DNA from: Octopus vulgaris
Taxonomy: Eukaryota
Reading direction: 5' to 3'
DNA length: 64,000 nt
NCBI GenBank assembly: GCA_951406725.2
Contig: OX597819.1
Span: 99,138,001-99,202,000 of the forward strand
Every line of letters begins with the position of its first letter. Position 1 is the stretch's first letter. The position numbers were made by a program, and so were the translations under genes. This document shows, piece by piece, positions 1-11,868 of this stretch. The notes under the pieces were generated by a model. That model did no database searches. It saw nothing but the letters and a program-made list of their open reading frames with translations, and was not told where the DNA came from.

Positions 1-419
1 ATTTCTTTCTTTTTTCGTATGCACATGTTTTGCTTTCTTTTAAAACTGTTTTGCCTTCTTGTAAAATATATTTTGCTTACCTGTATGCTTACACACACTT
101 ACAACAGTCACATTCTCATGTGTGCTACCATTTGATCTTTTGCGCCACTGAACGACACCTTGCCTCTATTAGACCTCTAGTGGGTCGAGTAATCAATAGA
201 CGCACATCTCTTTCAACACGCCAACATGTTTCTGCCTGGGCACATATATATGTATTGCCCACCATATAGCACACACCAACAGTAAACCTTTGCTTCATAT
301 TTTTATATCCCATGTTTTTGACATATATTCATTTGTCACTTACACTTTGTAAATTTTTTCTGCATACACACAAAAAATAACATTTCCAATATCGTTCGAC
401 CTCTGTAGCTTTCTCAGTA

Positions 420-700
420 GAAGGCGGGGAGGGTAGTGTAAAAATTAACACTTCCTTTTCCAAGCCTAGATTCGAAACCGAATCTAAGAATTCTCGGTCG
501 TCCAAACCATGACGATCAGCAGGCGCGAAAAGAGGTTTTCTTTGTCCTGTCAAAAAGTGATTGGTCATCTCCCTTTGACCTATGACCTCAGCCATGTCAG
601 GTGAAGTTCAAATGGACAGGAGCTGACCTATATAGGTACAAACTCTGCTGCAGTATGTCTGTCCTTCTAGCTGCCATGATTATTGTAAATACAATGGTCA
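420..700. promoter_or_regulatory. Putative promoter/enhancer motif cluster
   Basis: GC-box-like GGCGGGGAG (~423), ATTGG (560-564), perfect DR1 TGACCT-A-TGACCT (576-588), AGGTGA-AGTTCA (599-610) and CArG CCTATATAGG (627-636), all in locally CpG-rich unique sequence. Confidence 0.45.
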
Positions 701-829
701 ACAGAGGGACTGACAGGAAGAAAGGCCTAGCAAGCAAACGAGATACGACACGACAGGTTTTGGCAGACCGCAGAGACCGAGAGAAAGGTTCGAACTTCCA
801 CGGTAGACTACTGATCTGAGATGAACTAT

Positions 830-908
<79 letters not shown>
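830..908. repeat. (CA)n microsatellite
   Basis: Perfect CA run. Confidence 0.99.
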
Positions 909-909
<1 letters not shown>

Positions 910-1153
910 TCATTTCTGACATATCACTTCCACAGATGTACCCTGTTTCTGTTTCTAGCAACTCGTAGCAGTTGCCAACATTTTGCATGTAGTGAAGAAT
1001 TGTGTACCAATAACAAATTAAGTCCAGTGAATAAATTATTTTTAACTATGAATCGATTCACTCATTTGTTTACTTGAACGACATACACATTCCTTTTGCA
1101 TCTGTTCACCATGATGCACATTTAACCACTACATATGTATGTATGTATGTATG

Positions 1154-1187
<34 letters not shown>

Positions 1188-1209
1188 TGTATGTATGTAT
1201 GTATGTATG

Positions 1210-1243
<34 letters not shown>

Positions 1244-1245
1244 TG

Positions 1246-4200
1246 TCAGGTCACCTTCGAGTGCTACTGGTAACATGTAACCCAGTACAACCTGTTGCAT
1301 GGTCGGGTCGTCGGCGACTAAACTGGCAACCCCACCAAGCTTGCTTGGTGAGGAGGGTGTTTATTGGACACCCTGCGGGATGGAAAACAAAACCCGTCAA
1401 AGGGCGGAGGACCTCTTGAGAGTCAACGGCCATCCAATAAATGATATAAAACCAGATATGCAGGGAATGGCATTGAACATTTTGGGGATCTTTGGTTTGT
1501 GATAAAGATCACGGCGCTCCCACATCCCTGAGCCTGCGACTCATATTGGCACCAGACATCTTGCTCCGGCTTGTCTCTGGATAATGTCAACAGAGTGGAG
1601 AAGGTCTGTGAGGTGTTGTGCAAGCCTTATTGGGCCTAAAACTCTGCACAGGCATTGCCGACCTCGTTTATTTTCTTATATATATATCTATCTTATTTTT
1701 AGTATATATTTTCTTCATTTTTAGTATTTTATTTATTTATTTATTTATTTATTTATTTTATTCGGAAGTCCTGCGGCGATGGAAAGGTGGTGAAGCATGC
1801 AGACCTGACGGGTTGGAAGCTTGTAGTCAGCGACCTGCACGTAGGCGGCCCATGCTAGATATAAAGTCGTCTCCTTGTCGCCCAAGACAGCGGTAGGATT
1901 CGGTTGCTGCATGGGTGTCTGAGCAGCTCCATTTGGGGAGGGCACTGCTCACCTGGAGACCGGGGAGGTTCTAGAAAAGGTGAACCAAAAATTGCCTGTC
2001 TTTCCATATCTGGTCAGTTTAGCGCGACTGACGGATGTCCACCCTGCGCTCGAAAAACAAAGAGTCTTTTATCTATAAAATCTGGACAGAACTTAAACAT
2101 TTCATGTTGGAATGTGCGTACTCTGTTGGACAACAGGAATGATTGCAGGCCTGAAAGACGCTCTGCATTTGTTGTTCGTGAGCTTAACCGTTATAAAATT
2201 GATATAGCTGCACTCTCAGAGACTCGTATAGAAGGTGATGGTCAGCTTGAGGAAGTAGGAGGCGGATACACCTTTTTTTGGAAAGGAAGGCAGAAGGAGG
2301 AGCGCAGAGAGGCTGGTGTTAGTTTTGCAGTCCGATCTGATATCCTGAAGAAGTTGGAAGAGCTCCCTGTTCCTATAAATGAACGTATAATGACCCTACG
2401 GTTGCACTAGAAAGGTAAGCGGTTTGCTACTCTAATAAGTGCCTATGCACCTACTTTGACTAGCTGTGATGAAGCTAAAATAATCTTTTATACCCAGCTG
2501 AGAGCCATATTTAGAAAAATCCCCAATTCTGATAAAGTCATTCTACTGGGGGATTTTAATGCCAGAGTTGGAACAGACTGGCAAACATGGAACTCTCTAG
2601 GACGTTTTGGAGTAGGGAAAATGAATAGCAATGGTCTCATGCTGTTGGAGCTGTGCGAAGAACATGGACTTTACATTGCAAGTACTCATTTTGTGCACAA
2701 AGGTGATCACACAACAACATGGATGCATCCAAGGTCCAAAGTTTGGCACTTGCTGGAGTACGTCATCATCCGCAAGCGCGACATTTATGACATTTGTAAT
2801 GTCAAGTCCTTGCATGGATCAGAATGCTGGACAGACCACAGTCTGGTGCGAGCAAAGTTCCGAATGGTTATTAGGGCGAAAGAGAGAAGAGGACCAGTCA
2901 GCATTCCTCGCCGTCTAAATGTCCACAAGGTATATGATGTTGTGGTTAGGAAAGAGCTTCAGACTCGCTTGTCCAGCATTGAAACTGCTGCAGCATGGGA
3001 AGATTTTCGAGACCAGGTTGTTCAATGTGCAGCCAAAACACTGGGGTATGTTACTGCCAGACACAGAGACTGGTTTGATGAGAATGATGCTGGAATTCAA
3101 CGACTATTAGTGATGAAGCGCCATGCCCACAGTATATTGCTGCACAGAGAACTGTCTACTGTGCAGCGAAGTCTAGCACTTGCCCACTATAACAGTGTAA
3201 AATCACTACTGCAGCGATCTCTCAGGAAGATGCAGAACACTTGGTGGGAGGATCTTGCTCGTGATGTTCAGGCTGCTGCTGATGCAAATGACAGCAAGAA
3301 GCTTTACCATCTTATGAAGCGAGCTTATGGACCTAAGAGCTCCACATCAGCTCCTTTGCTTTCCAAGGAGTCTTCCACTCTGTTTACTAAATCAACAGAA
3401 ATCACAGGTCGCTGAATCGAACACTTCTCTGAACTCCTAAACCATGAGTCAGTTGTGGATGAAACAGTGATTGATACAATGAAACAAAGACTTATCATTG
3501 ACTCCTTAGACTCCTCGCCATCAATACATGAAGTAATAACATCAATAAGTAAATTGAATCTTGGTAGGGCACCTGGAAAGGATGGAATTTGTGCTGAGGT
3601 TTTGCGATTTGGTGGTAATTGCATCACACAGTCCCTTCATGAACTTATTAGTGCAGTCTGGAGGGATGGTGCAATCCCTAAAGACTGGAAGGATGCAATT
3701 ATTCTTCCTCTATATAAAGGAAAAGGAGCCAGAACAATGTGTGGTAACTACAGAGGTATTGCTCTGCTATCAGCTGCTGGCAAGGTTCTGGCAAATATTC
3801 TTCTTACCCGTCTGAATGGGTGTCTCGTAAATGATGTCCTATCTGAATCTCAATGTGGCTTCCGATCTGGTAGAGGGACAATGGATATGATTTTCACAGC
3901 AAGACAGATGCAGGAGAAGTGCTATGAGCAGAATATGGATCTTGTCCAGGTATTCATTGATTTAACTAAGGCCTTTGATACTGTAAATAGGGCCTTTCTA
4001 TGGAAAATACTTGGCAAACTTGGATGTCCGGATCATTTTGTATCTATAATTAAATCATTTCATGATGGGATGGAGGCTTGGGTCAATGTTGGTGGTGCCA
4101 TGGCGGGACCCATTCTTGTAGAGAAAGGTGTCAAGCAGGGTGACATCCTTGCCCCAACTCTCTTTTCTTTGTACTTTGCTGCTGCTTTTACTCATGCTTT

Positions 4201-5337
4201 TGCTAAGGTTAGCTCTCTGAGAATGTATGTCAGATATCGATCTTCTGGCCGCCTCTTTAATCTTCGCCGATTTACTGCCAATTCAAAGATTTCCCAGTCT
4301 ATTATTCGTGACCTTCTTTATGCAGATGACTGTGACTTAGTCACTCATACAGTGGATGACATGCAAATACTCATGAATTGCATTTCTGCTTCTTGCAGGG
4401 CATTTGGACTCAGCATTAGCCTGGACAAGACTGTTGTAATGTTCCAGCCTGCACCAGGAAATCCATATATAGAACCAGCTATCTTGGTTGAAGGAACAAT
4501 TCTGAAGGTAGTAGACAAGTTTGTCTACCTGGGCAGCACACTCAGCCGTTCTTGCTCCCTGGATGAGGAAATATCTTTCAGGTTGCAGAAAACAACTAAT
4601 TCCTTCCGGTCTCTTCAGTCTCGTGTCTGGTCCCAACATGGCATCGCAAGGAGAACAAAAGTTGCTGTGTACCGTGCTTGTGTACTGACATCGCTTCTCT
4701 ACTCATGTGAGACATGGACTCTGTACAAACGTCAGGTAAGGGTCCTTGAACGTTTTCATCAGAGATGTCTCAGACACATTCTCAATGTTGGCTGGACCTC
4801 AAAAATTCCAGACACACAGATCCTGAGGACAGCTGATATCTTGAGTATTGAGGCGATGGTACACAAGCACCGGTTGCGTTGGACTGGACACCTTATTAGA
4901 ATGGAGGATAGAAGGATTCCTAAGCAGATGCTCTATGGAGAACTTGTGAATGGAAGGAGACTCCGGCAGAAACCAAGGCTACGATTTAAGGACTGTGTCA
5001 AGTCCTCGTTAAAGGCTTTTGATATACAGGACACTGACTGGGAGAACAATGCCTGTCATCGCCACAGATGGAGGAAGCAGGTTTAGGAGGGGATCGACAC
5101 TTTTGAGAGAGCACGTATCCAGCATGAAGAACTTAAGCGAGCTGTGCGAAAGCGCACGGCTCGTATAGTGAATGGGGAAAGCTTGGTCTGCAATGTTTGC
5201 AGTCGTGTATGCTTGTCAAAAGCAGGGCTAATTAGCCACCAACGGAGCCGCAAATGCAAAATATAAGTTAGTCCTAGAGCGCACAATGTTCCTGAAGGTC
5301 GGCAATGGTCTTCCTCGGTCACGAGTGGACGACCATC

Positions 5338-5340
<3 letters not shown>
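1246..5340 (+). mobile_element. Near full-length RTE-clade (BovB-like) LINE inserted in a (TATG)n microsatellite
   Basis: 5' UTR followed by a single frame encoding an APE endonuclease (WNVRTL, LSETR, GDFNARVG, TDH), RT (QCGFR, FIDLTKAFD, GVKQG, YADD) and a C-terminal Cys/His finger. (TATG)n lies on both sides. Confidence 0.95.
1904..5266 (+). pseudogene. RTE APE-RT ORF with three in-frame stops and no frameshift
   Basis: ORFs 1904, 2456 and 3455 share one frame. Stops are TAG 2408-10, TGA 3413-15 and TAG 5084-86. The frame continues through LVCNVCSRVCLSKAGLISHQRS to TAA 5264-66. Confidence 0.9.
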
Positions 5341-5370
<30 letters not shown>

Positions 5371-6167
5371 TGTATGTATGTATGTATGTATGTATGTATG
5401 TATGTATGTATGTATGTGCGTACGTATGTATGTATGTGTACGTATGCATGAATGTACCTGTTCTTAGGTAGTGTACTTCAATATTCTTCCAGTTTAACAC
5501 TCCCACATTTAGGCTAGGTATTCAATCTGAATTTGACTTCCTCCTAGCCTTCTAGCAGTCCTTAAAAGGTATTTCTTCTATTTCTGCTATTTCTTCTCTA
5601 CGTAAGTCATAAACATAAAATAAAAACTTGTAATTTACGCTCATCTGATTTTTTTCTTTTTCAACTTACGTAACGATAATTTATTCTCGATATTGTTACA
5701 AAGAAATTATGCTGAAAGTTGTCTCCCTTGCCGAAAAACTTTAAGATGATTATATGAGTCACCAACTGAAATTGATTTTCCCCATCCTTTTCGCTTTGTT
5801 TTTCTGTTTTACGCTTCATTTAAGTCGGTCTGTTGATATAGTGGTTTGAACGCAGAATAAAATATGTTGCAGTATTCGTTCTATTGTCTGTGCTCTAGAT
5901 CCAGTTTTGCGGCAACGTCGGTGACGGTGGTGGAAATGGTGGTGAGTAGATAGAACAAAGGACCAGCCGGGTAGTCATCATCTTTTCCTCGTGCTGTCAG
6001 ATTCAGCATTTTATGTCAGGCCAAATGTAGAAGGGCCAAAAGTGTTACCTATATTTGCCAGAAGCTTAAAAAAAAAAAAAAAAAAAGAGAGAGAGAGAGA
6101 AAGGTAGTACTGCGGTACGTTAACGCTTCACTCTCAGTTTTGAGTTACAGCTAGCAGTAGGTTTCGC

Positions 6168-6515
6168 TACTCTTTTATTTGTTTCAGTCATTTGACTGCG
6201 GCCATGTTGGAGCACCGCCTTTAGTCGAGCAAATCGCCCCCAGGACTTATTCTTTGTAAGCCTAGCACTTATTCTATCGGTTTCTTTTGCCGAACCACTA
6301 AGTTACGGGGACACACCAGCATCGGTTGTCAAGCGATGTTGAGGGAACAAACATAGACACACAACACACATACATACATATATACAATGGGCTTCTTTCA
6401 GTTTCCGTCTACCAAATCCACTCACAAGGCTTTGGTCGGCCCGAGGCTATAGTAGAAGACACTTATCCAAGGTGGCACACAGTAGGACTGAATCCGGAAC
6501 CATGTGGGGTGGGAG
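6168..6515 (-). mobile_element. tRNA-derived SINE, family A (octopus OR/OK-like)
   Basis: Shared core (ggccatgctggagcaccgcc...ccaaatccactcacaaggctttgg...gacacttgcccaagg) recurs about 12 times in the window. Confidence 0.85.
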
Positions 6516-6539
6516 CTAGTCGATTATATCAACCTCGGG

Positions 6540-8630
6540 GCTCAAATGGTGCTTAATTTATCGACCCCGAGAGTACGAAAGGTAAAGTCGACCTCAGTGG
6601 AATTTGAACCCAGAATGTAAAGACGGACGAAATGCTGCGAAGCAATTTGTCTGGTGTGCTTAGAAGTTTACCAGCTCCCCGCCTTCAACCTGTTTCAACT
6701 ATTCACAAAATTAATAAAGGTTTCTAATTTAGGCACAATGCCAGCAATTTTGAGCCGAGGCTCGTCAACATGAGGGTGCAGGAAGTGCAAGTGCACCCTT
6801 TAGAATTTTGGTTGAGCAATGAAAACACTTTGGGTTGGACCTGGGTTTGCAGCCATTGAGCAAGTTTCGTTTCCACACATATGATTAATCAATACCATCA
6901 GTTCTAGTTTTTGACCGATACTTTATTTTTTCAACTCCGAGAGGATGAAAGGCAAAATTGACTTCGGCGGGATTTGAGTGCAAAATGTGAAGAGCTATAG
7001 GAAATACCGCAAAACATTTCGTTCAACGCTCAAATAATTCTGCCAATCAAACTTAAGATTCGTTTTTTTTATATACACTTAGTTTACGTCTAAAGGTAGA
7101 AAACTACAATATATTTTGAGTGGGGTTTAAAATATTATATTTATATGGGATAAACGAATCTACCGAGAAAGATAATTAATTTGATATCTGTAAAACACAC
7201 ATACACGCACACACATACACATTCATACACATACGAGCATGCGATTCTTCGCGGCTTGATGAAATAGATAAGTTATCTCCCCTATCATCCACAACCTCGA
7301 AACACCATTAGATAAGAGAAAAAAATGATCGCTCGACCTATGAGAAATAGCAACCTAATCTCCTTCAAACCAACATACGAAAAGGACGGTCCTAGGTTGA
7401 TTCAATGTAAGAATTCATGGGATGATCACGGCTTGGAGGCTTTTGATAATATGTCTACTTGACCAGAGCTGAACAATAGTGAAACAAACTACGCTAGATA
7501 AGAAACCCAAGGATAAACAACTGTGCAAGGACATGATATACGTTTGATATATATTTGTTGCGCATCACCAGTGTGTGAAAGACACTGTATGTGGTCGCAC
7601 GACCAGCTAAAAATAGCAGCTGAATTAACCTGAAACCACAATCTACTCCCTTACTAAAAGAAGAATACATTGGATAATATAATCATAGACGGACTACGCC
7701 ATCGAACGATTGAGGTATTTTATCTAGAATGTCATTGATTAAATAACAATTTTTTCTACGTCAGGTACAAAGCCTGGAATTGTGAGGGAGGAGCCTAATC
7801 GATTACAAGTGCTTAAGTGGCACTTATTTTATCAACTCCGAAAGGATAAAAGCAAAGTCGACCTTAGCAGGATTTGAACTCAGAACGTTGAGCAGGAAGA
7901 AATGCCACTAAGCATGTTTTCTAGCAGTTATCCAATGTGCCAGTTCACAAGCTTTATAGGTTAAATAATCCTTTCTTATTTTGGCACAATGCTAGTAATT
8001 TTGTGGGGTGAGAAAATCGTTGACATTGACCCTAGAGCTTAACCGGTACTTATTTTATTGATCCTGAAAGGATGAACGGTAAAATCGACGCCAAATGGAA
8101 TTTGATCTCAGAACGTTAATGTAGACGAAATGCTGCCAAGCATTTTGTTTGGCATGCTAACGATTCTGCCAGCTCGTAGTCTCTATAGGTTAAATAGTAA
8201 TAATAATTGTTTCTAGTGTATGCACAAAATCTGAAATTTGGAGGAGTAGGTCAGTCAATTAAATTAGCCCCAGTACTTGACTGGTACTTTATTTGATCAA
8301 CCCAGAAGGGATGAAAAGCAAAGAGCTGATCTCATGGAGTTTTGATTTCAGAATGAAAATGCAGCGAGGTATTTTCTCTCTCCAAAACAATCCTGAATCT
8401 ACCAATCCAGCCTAGTTTCAGCAAAGTGGTTGTTTTTAAGCGTAGGCTCAATTCCAGAGGAGGGATTATTTGATTAAATCGATTACAATACTTGATTGGT
8501 GCTTTATTTGATCGACACCGAAAGAAGAAAGGCAAAGTTGACACAAATAGGATTGAGTTCAAAATGTAAAGTGCCGAAACAAATACAGCAAAGCATTGAG
8601 TTCAACGTTCTAATGATTTTGCCAAATCAA
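6540..8630 (-). mobile_element. Cluster of about 6 degenerate family-B SINE copies
   Basis: Repeated ggcacaaggcc...actggtacttattttatcgacccc gaaaggatgaaaggcaaagtcgacc...atttgaactcagaacg motif, all in the same orientation. Confidence 0.8.
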
Positions 8631-9049
8631 CAACAGCTCAAATCATCTCACAAAATCTGGGCACTTTGTGAATCACTCTTTTCCAAATTTCCAAATGTTA
8701 TAATAATACATATTTGATACTTCTTGAAATCTCCTTCAAATCAAACTACAACATTATAGGGATAAAGTTGCCCTCTTGGGATTCTTAGACACGATCCTCA
8801 CTCTTCATACATTGGCTTCTGTGTTACAGTATGTCCATTAAGTGAGCATGTGTTAGTTCTATTGGCTGAGCAACCTGTACTTGATTTGAGAATATAAGCT
8901 AAGATTTGTTTCATATTTTATGCGCAAGTTTAAGAGTTCCTCAGGATATGACTACTGAATAGTTTTGTATATTTATGTGTGACTGGAAAAGACATATTTA
9001 TTTAAGTCATAACGTTTAGAGAAAACAAAGGTTTAAACCCAAAACCTGT

Positions 9050-10001
9050 CACTAATGTCAGTATACCTTTGTATGACGACTGTGCAAAAGATGGTGACGA
9101 ATGAATGACTCCTTTAAACACGGCACAGTTGCCTTACAATAAAAGCCAAAATATGGATAAATGAATACAAAAGGAATAAGGAGAAGACAACACAACCGTA
9201 TAATGTTTAGAGAAAGGTTTTATTCAGGTGTTGACATATGGGAAGGAGAGTGTCTGTGTCTCTGTGATTGACATAAGTACATGCATAATAAGAACAATTA
9301 GACAGGCCGTCAAGCATACAATAATGTGTAAGTGTGTACAAACAAGTTGTATGCATGTGAGATAAAATACAGGGCATAGAAATGAGTTTATCAGGACGCT
9401 AGACGTAGATCAGACACAAGATGAAGGTAAATACCAGTTCGTAGTAATGAACGCAATAGTTGGAACTTTGTAACAAGAGGTTGAGGTCACAAGGCAGAAC
9501 TGGTTACTATGCGTGTAGAGGTTGTGGCTTCTATACTGTGCCGGGTTACTTGGTACAGAAGGTTCTCGCATGTTGAGCTTGCTGTTAACCTTGGTGAGTA
9601 TTCACAAACAGCATGAAGTTAAGCCTGGGCGATGTTGCTGTGTACATATTGATGTTGGTGGCATCGATAAGCTAAAGGTAACGGTGGAGAAGGTCCTGAA
9701 ATGCCGCTAGTGTTGGTGTCACAGTCGCTGGAACTGGCTGACTGTCGCTGGAACATGGCTGTGTTGCCGGGTGCTGTGTGGTCAGTGGTGAGAACCAAAG
9801 ACAAGCGATTCAATGAATCACTGGGTTTTATAGCAGGTAATAGGCTCAAACAAGCTTTAGAAAAACAGTGTGGCGGAACTTTATCAGTGGGCTGCGATTG
9901 GTTGGTTTGCACATTGGTGCGAAATAAAGCAAGAGACAAACTGCACCAAAACCAACCATAGAGTAGTGGACACAACTGGGCCTAAGGGGCCGAAGGCTAA
10001 C
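9050..10001 (-). mobile_element. Possible solo LTR
   Basis: Minus-strand CTATAAA (~9826) and AATAAA (~9220) in LTR-like order within a higher-GC non-coding block. Termini and TSD are not clear. Confidence 0.3.
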
Positions 10002-10559
10002 TGTTATCTGCTACGTCCGTATTTGTGTTATATATATCAGAGAGAGAGGATTTCACTAAGGGTCCGCTACACCTTTTAGCAATGTCTGGTGCTGTACAAC
10101 TTCGATATTGAATTTGGTAAACCTTGCTCTGTTACTACTGCAGTTGTCACTGAGCTATAAGAGGACTTTATTGATATTGTGCCATAGGGGGAGGTAGAAG
10201 ACTCTTTGTATGTCTCGTTTGAACTTGACAACAAGTGTTGTGTTTACATTCCCATAACTTAGCGGTTCGGCAAAAGAGATCGATAGAATAAATGCAAGGC
10301 TTAAAAAAAGTACTGGGTTGATTCTATTTGTTTCAGTCATTAGACTACGGCTATGCTTGGACACTGCCTTGAAGAACTTTTAGTTGAATGAATCGATCCC
10401 AGTACTTTTTAAGGCTTTGATTGTCCTGAAGTTATAGTAGAAAACACTTTCCCTAGGCGTCATGCAATGGGGCTGAACCTGGAACCATGTGGTTGGGAAG
10501 GAAGCTTCTTACCACATAGCCATGCCTGCACCAACCTTACAAGCTTCATATATAGTACA

Positions 10560-11290
10560 AGCACTTCTATGGACTACGTCAAAGATATCATAAGAATAAA
10601 CGAATTAATGAAACATGTGAAAGAGCAAAAGTCTATTGTGTGAACATAGCATTACCATCAGATTTAAAATTGAGATCCATTACAGTAGGCCTGTCTTGTG
10701 AAACACATTGCTTAAGTAACTTTCTACACATTCTTCTAAGGTATTTTCTCAAGCACATACCATCTTCCCAATATAGTAAATGATAATATTTACGTTGTTG
10801 TATTTGATGTTGAGACCCTATACAGCAATATTCCATGCAAATAAGAAATCAAAGCAATAAGAGGTGGCTAGACTAATTTTCTTATGAAATACCAGAATGT
10901 GATATAAAGAGAATTAATTATGGTTCTATTCATTTTGAAAAGCAACTATTTTATGTTCAGTGACACAACCTATTTTAAAAGTCAGGAATTGCCATGGAAA
11001 CAAACGTTTCCTCAATATATGTCAGCTTAGTCATAGGATATTATGTACTGAAAATGATGAAAAATCCTCATAAATATGTGGAGATGAATTTAGTTGCTAG
11101 AAGAGATTTCTAAACAATTGTTTCATCTTATGGAAAGAAAACACTGATTAGTTTAACCAATTTCAAAATATAACATTCAGTTCACTATGGAGTTCAGTTA
11201 CGATAAACTCCTTTTCATAGATATATTAATACCAAAAATAAATGCAATTCTAGTAACAGACTCAGGACAATACCGCCCGTCATCTGAAAC
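10560..11290 (+). mobile_element. Degenerate Penelope-like RT fragment
   Basis: Broken frames give FDVETLYSNIP, NYFMF, GIAM, RFLNNCF and IQFTMEFSYDKLLFIDILI, which are PLE RT motifs. Confidence 0.7.
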
Positions 11291-11310
11291 ACACTCAAAG
11301 CAACATTCTA

Positions 11311-11846
11311 TTGAGTTGTTCGGAAAGTTCGTGCAGATTTATAGTAGCTTACCTTTCGACTTATTTTAGAACATGGTTGAGTCCATAAAATAGTTTAAGC
11401 TATCTTCTTGTGGAAGAAGGTTTATGTTCCTATAACCTGTGTTAATTCTGTAACTCTTTAAAATGGAAGAGAAGAAAGTTCATTTTCGGCACTTGATGCT
11501 TTGGGAACCAAGCAAAAATTGCTGCAGCTTGGCTGGGATGTGTTACCCCACCCTCCATATTCACCAGATATTGCTCCTTTGGATTTCCACTTATTCAGGT
11601 CTCTACAGAATAGCCTTAATGGTAAAAATTTCAACTCCTTGGATGACATAAAAAGATATCTTGATGAATTCTTTGCCATGAAACCACCTCGATTCTGGGA
11701 AGAGGGTATTTTCAAGTTAAAGGAAAGATGGAGACGCATTGTGCAACAAAATGGTTCATATTTGGTTGATTAAAAGTGTAATGGCAAGTATTTATTGACC
11801 TTTTTCTTTCCTTTAAAAATCGGCATGCACTTTCCGGACAACCCAA
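11311..11846 (+). mobile_element. Internally deleted mariner element
   Basis: TIRs ttgagttgttcggaaagt / actttccggacaacccaa, with TA at the left end. N-terminal MEEKKVHFRHLMLWE is fused out of frame to GWDVLPHPPYSPDIAPLDFHLFRSL...KLKERW. Confidence 0.92.
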
Positions 11847-11868
11847 TTTATATATATATATATATATA

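Noticed and set aside
329-595. 88-aa minus-strand ORF (MAEVIGQREM...)
   Set aside because: No recognisable domain or splice context, and it overlaps the motif cluster. Not supportable as a CDS.
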